From Pseudomonadota bacterium (lineage in GTDB: Bacteria > Pseudomonadota > Gammaproteobacteria > Acidiferrobacterales > Acidiferrobacteraceae): 64,000 nt of DNA. The notes under the pieces were generated by a model. That model was not told where the DNA came from, searched no databases, and saw nothing but the letters and a program-made list of their open reading frames with translations. The position numbers and the translations under genes were made by a program. Below, one piece after another: positions 40,961 to 49,975 of this stretch. How positions within the stretch are numbered: the stretch's first letter is position 1; each line of letters opens with the position of its first letter. Location: contig JAJYPD010000007.1 in the NCBI GenBank assembly GCA_021795715.1, positions 8,956 to 72,955 on the forward strand. Direction: 5' to 3'.

Positions 40961-40981
40961 CGGGCACAGAAGGGGATCAGA

Positions 40982-42892
40982 ATGACAGTAGGAAAACAGC
41001 AAGGGGAGACGACGGGTCGCACGTTCCGGCGGTACCAGGACGGCGAGGCGGAATTCGATTCGTTCCAGGAGCAGATCTTCAAGGCTGGCTGGTCGCACAA
41101 GTGCCCGGTGTACGTACAGCGCACGCCGGCCTGCCAGGGTCAGTGTCCGGCTGGCGAGGACATCCGGGGATGGCTTGACGTGGTACGCGGTCTCGACAAG
41201 CCGCCGACAGGCGTCACATGGCAGGAACATGCCTTCCGGCGTCTGACGCGCGCCAATCCGTTCCCGGGCGTCATGGGCTACGTGTGCCCGGCGCCATGCG
41301 AAGAAGGCTGCAATCGCCGCGCCGTGGAGGACTTCGTCGGCATCAATGCGGTCGAGCAGTTCGTGGGCGAAGCGGCCATCAAGGGTCAATACGGTTTCAA
41401 GAAACCCGAGAAGGAAACCGGCAAGCGGGTCGCGATCATCGGCGGGGGTGTGGCGGGGCTTGCGGCGGCCTACCAGTTGCGGTTGCGCGGCCACGGCTGC
41501 ACGATTTTCGAGTCGCGCGCAGAGCTGGGCGGCATGTTGCGCTACGGACTGCCCAATTACCGGACGCCGCCTGCGGTCGTCCAGGGGGAAATCCAGCGCA
41601 TTCTCGATATGGGTGTTGAAGTGCACACCAATACCCGGATCGGTGTGGATATCAAGATCGATGATCTGGACCGCGATTTCGATGCGGTCTTCTGGGCCAT
41701 CGGCACCCAAAACGGGCGCATACCGAATATTCCCGGCGCCAATGCGCCCAACTGTGTGGGCGGTATCGAATTTTTGCGCCAGTTCAACGACGGCAAGCTG
41801 CCTTCGGTTCCGGGGCGCATCGTGGTCATCGGCGGCGGCGACACCTCCATCGACGTGACGACGGTGGCGCGCAAGCTGGGCGGCTTTAGCGGCATCGATG
41901 GGGAAGGAAAGCCGTTGACCTACACGGCGGACATGGTCACATCGGCGGCGGCGCACAGCGGTCAGAAGGTCACTCTGACCTCGACGCTGCCGCTCGACCG
42001 GATGCGTGCATCGGCGCGTGAAGTGGCGGATGCGCGGTCGCTCGAAGTCGAGATCCTGGGCGGCCTCATGCCGCTGTCTGTGACCTGCAACGCAAAAGGG
42101 GTTGCGGTGGGCGTGCGTTTCGCGCCGTGCCATCACGGCGCCGACGGCCACCGTGTGCGCATCGAAGGTGACGAGATCGAGATTCCGGCGGACCTGGTCG
42201 TGTTCGCGATCGGCCAGTACGCCGATATGACGGGCCTTGAGAGTCTGGATAACGGACGCCAGGCGATCTCGGCGGGTCCGGCCTTGGAGGTTATCGGCCG
42301 TCCGCGCCATTTTGTCGGCGGGGACGTCATTGCCCCCCATCTTCTGGCGACGGCGATCGGTCATGCCGCGGCGGCGGCCGAGAGTATCGACGCGCTGCTG
42401 CGCGGCGAAACCCCCGCACGGCGGCCGCGGATCGACAAGCGCCATTACGACATCCGTGAAGGGCTGGTCGAGAATGCCAAACCCGTCAATGGCGTCGTGA
42501 CGAGCCGGACTTTTGTGCACAACTTTGAAAACCGCTCGACGCAGGAGGTCATCAAGGCGGACAGTCTGTTCCTGGGCCACTTCGAAACGACTCCACGGAT
42601 CCATCGGGAGGAGAGACGGCTGGCCGATCTGTTTGCCCGCGGCGGGGAACGCATCATGCCGCTGACCGAGGAACAGGCGGTCAAAGAGGCCAAGCGCTGC
42701 ATGAGCTGCGGTCTCTGTCTGGAGTGCGACAATTGCATGGTGTTTTGCCCGCAGGCGGCCGTCAGTAAGGTCCCGCGCGACCAGCATGCAATTGGCTACT
42801 ACGTGACGACCGACTATAAGCGCTGCATCGGATGCCACATCTGCCAGGACGTCTGTCCTGCGGGGTACATCCAGATGGGCTTGGGCGAATGA
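40982..42892 (+). CDS. dsrL: DsrL, NAD(P)H:acceptor oxidoreductase (GltD-like flavoprotein with C-terminal ferredoxin domain)
   Basis: N-terminal FeS Cys motifs, dinucleotide folds IIGGGVAGLAAAY and VVIGGGDTSIDV. C-terminal CMSCGLCLECDNC and CIGCHICQDVCP. Confidence 0.9.
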   Translation: MTVGKQQGETTGRTFRRYQDGEAEFDSFQEQIFKAGWSHKCPVYVQRTPACQGQCPAGEDIRGWLDVVRGLDKPPTGVTWQEHAFRRLTRANPFPGVMGYVCPAPCEEGCNRRAVEDFVGINAVEQFVGEAAIKGQYGFKKPEKETGKRVAIIGGGVAGLAAAYQLRLRGHGCTIFESRAELGGMLRYGLPNYRTPPAVVQGEIQRILDMGVEVHTNTRIGVDIKIDDLDRDFDAVFWAIGTQNGRIPNIPGANAPNCVGGIEFLRQFNDGKLPSVPGRIVVIGGGDTSIDVTTVARKLGGFSGIDGEGKPLTYTADMVTSAAAHSGQKVTLTSTLPLDRMRASAREVADARSLEVEILGGLMPLSVTCNAKGVAVGVRFAPCHHGADGHRVRIEGDEIEIPADLVVFAIGQYADMTGLESLDNGRQAISAGPALEVIGRPRHFVGGDVIAPHLLATAIGHAAAAAESIDALLRGETPARRPRIDKRHYDIREGLVENAKPVNGVVTSRTFVHNFENRSTQEVIKADSLFLGHFETTPRIHREERRLADLFARGGERIMPLTEEQAVKEAKRCMSCGLCLECDNCMVFCPQAAVSKVPRDQHAIGYYVTTDYKRCIGCHICQDVCPAGYIQMGLGE

Positions 42893-42893
42893 G

Positions 42894-43373
42894 ATGAAGA
42901 CCCGGGCGCTCGTCATCGCGGGATTGTCGGTTCTGATCTTCTTTGGTGCGATCTGGGCGGACCATCGCGGCACCGTACCGGTGCCGCTCGTTCCGACCGC
43001 ACAGGGTCACTGTGTCCTGCCGACGGCGCTCATGCGCCGCGAGCACATGATGCTGCTGCGCCAGGTGCGCGAGCAGATTGTGCGGGACGACAAGAATGAT
43101 CGCACCGACCGTCTGACCAACTGCATTGCCTGCCATGTGCAGACCAATAGCGCGGGGGCACCGATCCCAATCAATCAGCGCGGACAGTTTTGTGCCGCCT
43201 GCCACACGTATGTCGGGGTGCATCTCGACTGCTTCGCCTGCCACGCGACAGTGCCGCAAAAGGCGGTTTCGATCGCAAATCTCATGGGCACCAAGGGAGA
43301 ACAGGCGGCGTATTCGATTCCGCGGGTGATCCTTCAGAATGCGCCCGCATCGCTTTCAAGGGGGCATTCATGA
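42894..43373 (+). CDS. dsrJ: DsrJ, periplasmic trihaem cytochrome c
   Basis: Signal anchor plus three CxxCH sites (CIACH, CAACH, CFACH). Confidence 0.9.
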   Translation: MKTRALVIAGLSVLIFFGAIWADHRGTVPVPLVPTAQGHCVLPTALMRREHMMLLRQVREQIVRDDKNDRTDRLTNCIACHVQTNSAGAPIPINQRGQFCAACHTYVGVHLDCFACHATVPQKAVSIANLMGTKGEQAAYSIPRVILQNAPASLSRGHS

Positions 43374-44134
43374 CCGGTGATCGGACAGATCTCGTGAGTG
43401 ACGCCGCGCCCGAAGAGGGACACGACCCCTCACGGCGCCGGCTGTTTGCGCTGGCAGGTGGCGCGGTCGCGGCGGTGCTGACGCCGGGTGTGACGCTGTT
43501 TGCGCGCACGCTGACGGTCGGATCGGGCAAAACGCCGGTGCGCTACGGTCTGCTTATCGACAGCACCCGGTGCACGCAGGGCTGTGATGCCTGCGTCACG
43601 GCCTGCCAGGATTACAACGGTCTGTCAAAGAAGATCACGCCCGATACGGCGCAGTGGATCCGCAAGGTAACGGTCACGGATCCGCAGACGGGCCTGACCC
43701 GCAGCTTTCCTGTCATGTGCCAGCATTGTGCGCAGGCGACGTGCGTAGATGTGTGCCCAACCGGCGCATCGTATCGACGGCCGGATGGGATCGTGCTTGT
43801 CGACAAGCACCGCTGTATCGGCTGCCGTTACTGTCTCATGGCCTGCCCGTACAAGGCGCGTTCGTTCGTCGGACGGGTGGTGAAAGATCAAAAGCCATGG
43901 GCGCCACGCGGAAAAGGCACTGCAGAAGCATGTACGATGTGCGTCGAACGGGTCATGGACGGAAAGGCGCCGGCCTGCGTGACCGCCTGCGCCGAGAGGG
44001 GCAAGAAGGCGATGGTGTTTGGCAATCTGCATGATCCGAAAAGCGAGATTGCGCAAAAACTTGCGCAGTTTCCGACAACCACCATACGCGCCGATCTGGG
44101 CCTTGAGCCCGGCGTGCATTACCGCGGCATTTAG
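43370..44134 (+). CDS. dsrO: DsrO, periplasmic FeS ferredoxin-like subunit
   Basis: Tat motif SRRRLFALAGG. Cys clusters CTQGCDACVTAC, CQHCAQATCVDVCP, CIGCRYCLMACP and CTMCVERV. ATGA overlap with dsrJ; the track ORF from 43190 is an upstream extension. Confidence 0.9.
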   Translation: MTGDRTDLVSDAAPEEGHDPSRRRLFALAGGAVAAVLTPGVTLFARTLTVGSGKTPVRYGLLIDSTRCTQGCDACVTACQDYNGLSKKITPDTAQWIRKVTVTDPQTGLTRSFPVMCQHCAQATCVDVCPTGASYRRPDGIVLVDKHRCIGCRYCLMACPYKARSFVGRVVKDQKPWAPRGKGTAEACTMCVERVMDGKAPACVTACAERGKKAMVFGNLHDPKSEIAQKLAQFPTTTIRADLGLEPGVHYRGI

Positions 44135-44154
44135 ACGTCTTTCTGGGAGACCCT

Positions 44155-45396
44155 ATGGCAACCATGCACTACAGAGAGATCCCGGGCCGAAGCTTCCTCT
44201 ACTGGGCGGGACTGGCGGTGTGCGCCCTGCTGACCGTGGCCGGCGTGGGGGCCGGGCTTTATATGCGGGCCGAGGGGCACCATGTCACCGGGATGAATCA
44301 GCAGATCGTGTGGGGCATCGAGCATGTGTTCGCTGTCTTCCTGATCGTCGCGGCCTCGGGGGCCCTGAATGTGGCCTCCATCGCCTCGGTTTTCGGACGC
44401 ACGATCTACAAACCCCTGTCGCGGCTGTCGGGATTGCTGGCCATCGCGCTGCTAATCGGCGGCCTGTGGGATCTGGTCTTGGATCTTGGGCGTCCAGGAC
44501 ATGTGCTGGACGCCATCATCTACGGCAACTTCCGGTCGATCTTTGCATGGAACATGTACCTGTACGCCGGCTTTTTGCTGATTACGGGTTTTTACCTTTG
44601 GTTCATGATGGAGCGGCGCCTCAACCGATACAGCCACGCGATGGGCGTCACTGCATTTCTGTGGCGGTTGACGCTGACCACCGGCACGGGTTCGATCTTT
44701 GGTTTCCTGGTGTCGCGCAGCGCCTACGATACGGCGCTTCTGGCACCGATGTTCATCATCATGTCGTTTGCCTACGGGCTGGCGACGTTCCTGCTTATCC
44801 TGATCGGCGGTTTTCGCGCCCTGGCCCGGCCGGTCGGGGAGCGCATTCGGGGCCGCCTGAAGATTCTGTTGACCGTGTTCGTGGCAGCGGTGCTGTATTT
44901 TGCGGTTGTCTATAACCTGACCAATCTCTACATGCCCGGCCAGCGCGCGTTCGAGGGATTCGTGCTGCTTCATGGTGGTGTTTACACGATGCTTTTCTGG
45001 GTCGGGCAGATCCTGATCGGCGGCGTGTTCCCGCTCGTATTGCTGCTTGGCAAGAAAGGGGCGAGCGCCAGAACTTTGGTCATGGCAAGCGTGGCCGTGC
45101 TGATTGGCGGTCTCGCACAAGTCTACATCATCATCGTAGGGGCTCAGGCCTATCCGCAGCAGCTGTTTCCGGGAATGATCGTGCACAGTTCCTTCTACGA
45201 CGGGGTTGTCAACCCGTACATCCCGGGATGGCCCGAGACGACGCTCGCTGTGAGCGGTGTGGGATTAGTCGGGCTGATCGTCTTGCTGGCGGTGCGGGTG
45301 CTGCCCTTCCTGCCGCTCAGTCTCGCCGATGAGGTCACGGACGTGCACGGACATGATCAGACGGTGACCGCTGCCGGTGCTGCCGCAACGCCATGA
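44155..45396 (+). CDS. dsrP: DsrP, NrfD/PsrC-like integral membrane subunit
   Basis: About 10 TM helices, polysulfide-reductase NrfD-like. Position after dsrO. Confidence 0.9.
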   Translation: MATMHYREIPGRSFLYWAGLAVCALLTVAGVGAGLYMRAEGHHVTGMNQQIVWGIEHVFAVFLIVAASGALNVASIASVFGRTIYKPLSRLSGLLAIALLIGGLWDLVLDLGRPGHVLDAIIYGNFRSIFAWNMYLYAGFLLITGFYLWFMMERRLNRYSHAMGVTAFLWRLTLTTGTGSIFGFLVSRSAYDTALLAPMFIIMSFAYGLATFLLILIGGFRALARPVGERIRGRLKILLTVFVAAVLYFAVVYNLTNLYMPGQRAFEGFVLLHGGVYTMLFWVGQILIGGVFPLVLLLGKKGASARTLVMASVAVLIGGLAQVYIIIVGAQAYPQQLFPGMIVHSSFYDGVVNPYIPGWPETTLAVSGVGLVGLIVLLAVRVLPFLPLSLADEVTDVHGHDQTVTAAGAAATP

Positions 45397-46844
45397 TGCG
45401 CCGCGTCTACATATCGGCCGCTCATAAGTCGTCTGGAAAGACGACTGTCTCGATCGGTCTGTGTGCGGCGCTAAAGGAGCGCGGCCTGCGGGTGCAGCCC
45501 TTCAAGAAGGGGCCCGACTTCATCGATCCGCTCTGGCTTACCCAGGCGGCCGGGCGTGCCTGTCACAATCTCGACTTCCACACCATGAGCATCGCCGAGA
45601 TCCGCGATTGCTTCGCCATGGCCTCGCAGGATGCTGATATCGCCGTCATCGAAGGCAACAAGGGGCTGTTCGACGGCGTGGCACTCGACGGCAGCAACAG
45701 CAACGCCGCGCTTGCGCGGCATTTAGCGGCCCCGGTGGTGCTCGTCATCAACGCCCAGGGCATCAATCGGGGTATCGCGCCGCTTGTCATCGGCTATCGG
45801 CATTTCGATCCGGATCTGCCCGTGGCCGGTATCATCTTGAACCGTGTCGGAGGCGCGCGCCACGAGGCCAAACTGCGGGCCGTCCTGAAGGCTTTTACCG
45901 ATGTGCCGGTTCTCGGCGCCCTCTGGGATTCGGCGTCCGTGTCGATTACGGAACGTCATCTGGGCTTGATTCCAAGCGGCGAGCACGACGAAGCGGCATC
46001 TGCGGTGGAACGACTTTCGCGGGTCATCCAGGATCATGTCGATGTGGATGCCATTGCCCACATCGAGCCCGGTGAACGGCCTGTTTCGGTGACAGCGCGC
46101 CCGCGCAGGCGCGCGGTGGACTTGCGGATCGGTGTCCCGCGCGACGCCGCATTCAGCTTCTATTATCCGGGTGACCTGGAGGCGCTGGCGGCAGGCGGCG
46201 CCGAACTCGTATTTTTCGATACACTAAAGGACAAGCGCCTGCCCGAGGTCGACGGCCTCTTCATCGGTGGCGGCTTTCCTGAGACACAGGCGGGGGCGCT
46301 TGCCGCAAACAGCGGCATGCGCCGCGCCATCCGCGCGGCTATAGAGGAGGGTCTGCCCGTCTACGCCGAGTGCGGCGGCCTCATGTATCTCTGCCGGACT
46401 CTTTCGTGGCGCGGGGCGACCTACCCGATGGTCGGCGCGCTGGCTGCGGATGCGCAGATGGAAGAAAAGCCCATCGGTCATGGCTATGTGAATTTGCAGC
46501 CAACCGCCGCGCATCCGTGGTGGCCGGGGGGACCGGTGACGGGACGTGCGGTCGTGCCGGCCCATGAATTTCACTATTCGCATCTTGTCGATGTGGCTGC
46601 GGACACGGTGTACGCCTACAAGGTCACACGGGGGCACGGGATAGACGGCCAGAACGATGGCATCGTCTACAAGAACGTCCTGGCCGGCTATGCCCATCTG
46701 CGCGATGTACAGGCGTCGCCTTGGACGGGCCGTTTTCTGGATTTCGTGCGCAACCGCCGTCCAGCGGCAGGGATCTTGGCGGACGCATCCTGTTGTTGCT
46801 GCGCGCCCTCGATGGCCGGAGCGCCTTGTGACGCGCGCTCATGA
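45393..46844 (+). CDS. dsrN: DsrN, CobB/CbiA-like amidotransferase (siroheme amidase)
   Basis: P-loop AAHKSSGKTTVSIGL and GATase-like YAECGGLMYL with active Cys. ATGA overlap with dsrP. Unusual C-terminal tail containing CCCC. Confidence 0.85.
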   Translation: MMRRVYISAAHKSSGKTTVSIGLCAALKERGLRVQPFKKGPDFIDPLWLTQAAGRACHNLDFHTMSIAEIRDCFAMASQDADIAVIEGNKGLFDGVALDGSNSNAALARHLAAPVVLVINAQGINRGIAPLVIGYRHFDPDLPVAGIILNRVGGARHEAKLRAVLKAFTDVPVLGALWDSASVSITERHLGLIPSGEHDEAASAVERLSRVIQDHVDVDAIAHIEPGERPVSVTARPRRRAVDLRIGVPRDAAFSFYYPGDLEALAAGGAELVFFDTLKDKRLPEVDGLFIGGGFPETQAGALAANSGMRRAIRAAIEEGLPVYAECGGLMYLCRTLSWRGATYPMVGALAADAQMEEKPIGHGYVNLQPTAAHPWWPGGPVTGRAVVPAHEFHYSHLVDVAADTVYAYKVTRGHGIDGQNDGIVYKNVLAGYAHLRDVQASPWTGRFLDFVRNRRPAAGILADASCCCCAPSMAGAPCDARS

Positions 46845-48258
46845 CGTCGCGGTCATTGGTTGCGGGGCCGGCGGATACAAGGCGGCGATAACCGCCGCAC
46901 AGCATGGCGCCCGTGTGGTGGTCATCGAGCGCGAGCAGGTCGGCGGTGCCTGCCTGAACCGGGCGTGTGTGCCAAAGAAGGCGCTTGCGCACATCGCCAG
47001 TCTGATTCTCCAAACCCAAACGCTTACCGGTCACGGCCTGACAGGCCGGGTGAGCGGCGATCTGGCTGCCGCCATCGCCTTCAAAAATCAGGTTGTCGAC
47101 GAATTGCGGCGCGGGCTGCCTCTGCGATTGAAGCCGCTGGCCGTGGAGACCATCATCGGCGAAGCGCGCATGGCCGGTCCCAATCACATCCTCGTCGAAA
47201 CGGCGGAGGGGAAGCGGCGCATCGAGGCGCGATCCATCATCATCGCGACCGGCGCCGCGCCACGCGCGCTCGCCGGTTGCGCCGTGGATCACGACCGCAT
47301 CGTCAACGCCGACAGCTTCATTCCGACCCTGGCCGCACCGCTTGGTGACGTTCTGTGTGTTGGCGGGGGCGCGCTGGGTGTCGAGGCGGCCTTCTTCCTG
47401 CATCAGTTCGGAGGCCGTGTCACGATCGTTGAGGAAAAGGGGCGCCTTCTTGACCTGCCGGCGATTCCCGAGCGGGCTTCGAATCTGCTTGAACGCAGCC
47501 TGACAAGCCTTGGCGTCACCGTCTGCACGCAACAGACGGTTCGTTCGGCCCGGGCCACACATGAGGGCGTTTGTGTCGAATTCGCCGATGGGCGTGTGTC
47601 CAGCTTTGCGCGCGTTCTGGTCGCGGTAGGGCGCCAACCGCGTCCCGATGATCTGGGGCTCGATGATCTTGGCATTGAACGGGATGCCAACGGATTCATC
47701 GTCACGAACGAGTTCCTGCAAACGAATATTCCGGGTCTTTTCGCCGTAGGTGACGTCAAGGGCGGACCCATGACCGCGGCGGCGGCTCTTCACGATGGCC
47801 GCGTGGCCGGAGAAAATGCCACACAGGGTGCCGTGCGCCAGAGAAATTATCATCAGGTGCCGCTTGTCGTGGATTCCGTTCTGCCCATCGCCGCCATGGG
47901 CCTGTCGGAGGAACTGGCGGAATCCGCTGGATTCACTCCAGACACGGTCTACATCCCTTTGCGCGCATCAGTCAAGGCGCGCGCCTACAATGACGCCACC
48001 GGGTTCATCGAGATCGTCCATGACCAGGAAACTGGCCAGATGCTGGGTGGCTGTATTGTGGGTGCAGGCGCCGATGAATTGATCCACATCATCGCGCTGG
48101 CCTGCCGCTCGAAACGAGGCCTTTGGTCCCTCACGGATCTTGATTATGGCCACCCGTCATGGAGCGAGGATGTCGGGACCGCGCTGGAACCCTATATCCG
48201 GACGTTGACACAGACGGCCGACACCGTGTTTAGGCCCGGCATTTATGCGGCAGATTAA
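46828..48258 (+). CDS. Class-I pyridine nucleotide-disulfide oxidoreductase (dihydrolipoamide dehydrogenase-like)
   Basis: VAVIGCGAGGYKAA FAD fold, redox disulfide GGACLNRACVPKK (CxxxxC), second Rossmann VGGGALGVEAAFFLHQFGGRVTIVEE (acidic end, NADH-like), and C-terminal His-Glu dyad YGHPSWSE. GTG at 46828 is preceded by GGAG and overlaps dsrN by 17 nt. Confidence 0.8.
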   Translation: MTRAHDVAVIGCGAGGYKAAITAAQHGARVVVIEREQVGGACLNRACVPKKALAHIASLILQTQTLTGHGLTGRVSGDLAAAIAFKNQVVDELRRGLPLRLKPLAVETIIGEARMAGPNHILVETAEGKRRIEARSIIIATGAAPRALAGCAVDHDRIVNADSFIPTLAAPLGDVLCVGGGALGVEAAFFLHQFGGRVTIVEEKGRLLDLPAIPERASNLLERSLTSLGVTVCTQQTVRSARATHEGVCVEFADGRVSSFARVLVAVGRQPRPDDLGLDDLGIERDANGFIVTNEFLQTNIPGLFAVGDVKGGPMTAAAALHDGRVAGENATQGAVRQRNYHQVPLVVDSVLPIAAMGLSEELAESAGFTPDTVYIPLRASVKARAYNDATGFIEIVHDQETGQMLGGCIVGAGADELIHIIALACRSKRGLWSLTDLDYGHPSWSEDVGTALEPYIRTLTQTADTVFRPGIYAAD

Positions 48259-48291
48259 AGGGCAGGAGAGGGCGCTCATCCCGCAGGCGAT

Positions 48292-48311
48292 GTTCGTATA
48301 TAGTATCGAAC
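48292..48311 (+). promoter_or_regulatory. AT-cored palindrome GTTCG-TATATAGTAT-CGAAC between the disulfide reductase and sensor kinase genes
   Basis: 5-bp arms flank a -10-like TATATAGTAT core in an otherwise GC-rich 88-nt gap. Confidence 0.3.
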
Positions 48312-48346
48312 AGAGTGTTTCTGCGGCCAGCCGGCCCGAGGCCCCT

Positions 48347-49975
48347 ATGGAAAGACAGTACGTTGGGAAAACGCCGTTGTGGCAGCAATGGTGGAATGAC
48401 TGGCGGTCCCGGCCGGCGGATGGCTGGCGGCGCAAATATCGCCCGTGGCTGGTGGGGGCGGCACCGGTCGGTCTCATGGTGCTTCTCCTCGCGGCCGTCA
48501 TCGCCGAAGGGGCCGACGATGGGCACGGACCCCATGCGATGCTGTTTCATGGGCTGGCGCTGGCCGTCTTGCTGCTGGCCCTGATCGGTACCGCCGGCAT
48601 CTGGGTCGTTACATTCCGTTCATTGCTGACGCCGCTTTATCACCTGCGCACATGGGCGGCGCGGGTACGCGCGGGCAATTTGTCCGTGCGCATCCCGGCC
48701 TCCGTCGCCGATGGGGAATTCGCCAAGCTCGCCGCCGACGTAAACAGTGTAAGCGAGATTTTGAGCAACCTGTCCGCCGAGCGCTCCTCGCTGCCCTACC
48801 GGCCAATGACCGCGCGCTGGCTCGAGATCCTAAATGACATCACCGCGGGCATTGCCAGTTCCCAGGATCTGGATGAACTGCTCCCGCGCTTTCTGTATAC
48901 GCTCTGGAACGCCAACGAAATCCGGGCCGGCATGGTGCGCCTGGCAACCGATGACGGCCACCTCCGTCTCATGGCCAGCATCGGTCTGCCCGACGAGATT
49001 GTCGCAAAAGAACGGCGTATTCCGCTTGATTGCTGCCTGTGCGGGCACGCGGTCGGTCAGACGGCGCTGAGCATCGGATCCGATATTCATACCTGTTGCG
49101 AATCCTGGGGCCAATCGCCTTTTTCGGGCGAGGATCTGGTGCTGCTCGCCGTGCCTCTGCGCTGCGAGGGCCGGACGGTCGGTATCTACAATCTGTTCAT
49201 GCCCCGGACCCGCATCGTCGGCCACAATGATGTCTCGGATCTGCTCCTTGGCCTTGGCCGCCATCTGGGCGCAGCCATCGAAAAGATGCGCCTGCAGGAT
49301 GAACGGCGTCAGCTGTCTTTGCTGCAGGAACGCATGACCATCGCGCACGAGCTGCACGACTCGCTCGCGCAGACGCTCGCTGGGCTGCGCATCCAGGCGC
49401 AGGTTCTCCGCGAGACCCTGGCCCAGGATGAGCATCCGGGCGTACGCAGTGAATTTGACCGGCTGAGCGCGGGTCTCGAAGTGGCCCACAGGGAAGTGCG
49501 CGACCTGATCCGCAACTGGCGGGCCGTGGGGGCCGAAGGCGGTTTGATGCCGGCGCTCGATGCCACGATCACCCGTTTTCAGGCGGAAACCGGGATTCCG
49601 GTGTTCGTGCAGAAGGATTGGCACGGCGTTTTGCCGGCCAGTTACCAGACACACGTGTTACGCGTGATCCAGGAGGCTCTAAGCAATGTGCGCAAGCATG
49701 CCCATGCACAGACGGTGCGGGTTTTGCTGGCGAGCGAAGCGGACGGTTTGTATCGGGTTCTGATAGAGGATGATGGGGAGGGCGCCGTGCCAGGCGAGGA
49801 AAGGGACGACCAGGAAGAACACTTTGGACAGGCCATCATGCGCGAACGCGCGCGCGCCATGGGCGGCGAATTGCGCGTTGAACGGGAAATAGGCGAAGGG
49901 ACGCAAGTCCTTCTCACCTTCCGGAACCCGGCGGTTTCGCTGTCCCGGGCGAATTATCCGGTGGCGGCTTCATGA
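48347..49975 (+). CDS. NarX/NarQ-type sensor histidine kinase (2 TM - HAMP - GAF - HisKA_3 - HATPase_c)
   Basis: Two TM helices with about a 13-aa outer loop, HAMP (LRTWAARVRAGNLSVRIP), GAF region with CCLCGH...HTCCESW, H-box IAHELHDSLAQTL, and HATPase IQEALSNVRKHA...DDGEG. Start at 48347 (GAGG upstream); 48290 is an alternative. Confidence 0.8.
   Translation: MERQYVGKTPLWQQWWNDWRSRPADGWRRKYRPWLVGAAPVGLMVLLLAAVIAEGADDGHGPHAMLFHGLALAVLLLALIGTAGIWVVTFRSLLTPLYHLRTWAARVRAGNLSVRIPASVADGEFAKLAADVNSVSEILSNLSAERSSLPYRPMTARWLEILNDITAGIASSQDLDELLPRFLYTLWNANEIRAGMVRLATDDGHLRLMASIGLPDEIVAKERRIPLDCCLCGHAVGQTALSIGSDIHTCCESWGQSPFSGEDLVLLAVPLRCEGRTVGIYNLFMPRTRIVGHNDVSDLLLGLGRHLGAAIEKMRLQDERRQLSLLQERMTIAHELHDSLAQTLAGLRIQAQVLRETLAQDEHPGVRSEFDRLSAGLEVAHREVRDLIRNWRAVGAEGGLMPALDATITRFQAETGIPVFVQKDWHGVLPASYQTHVLRVIQEALSNVRKHAHAQTVRVLLASEADGLYRVLIEDDGEGAVPGEERDDQEEHFGQAIMRERARAMGGELRVEREIGEGTQVLLTFRNPAVSLSRANYPVAAS

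Noticed and set aside
39455-42973. 1172-aa ORF on the minus strand, the longest in the track
   Set aside because: It is exactly antisense to dsrK and dsrL, whose products carry unmistakable FeS, CCG and flavin motifs. The antisense translation is Arg/Ala/His-rich low-complexity with no motifs. This is a typical stop-poor shadow ORF of high-GC DNA.
46828-48258. Idea that the dsr-linked disulfide reductase is the missing MerA partner of the orphan merB
   Set aside because: It lacks the N-terminal HMA (GMTCxxC) domain and the C-terminal vicinal Cys pair diagnostic of MerA. It is 28 kb away from merB and embedded in the dsr operon.
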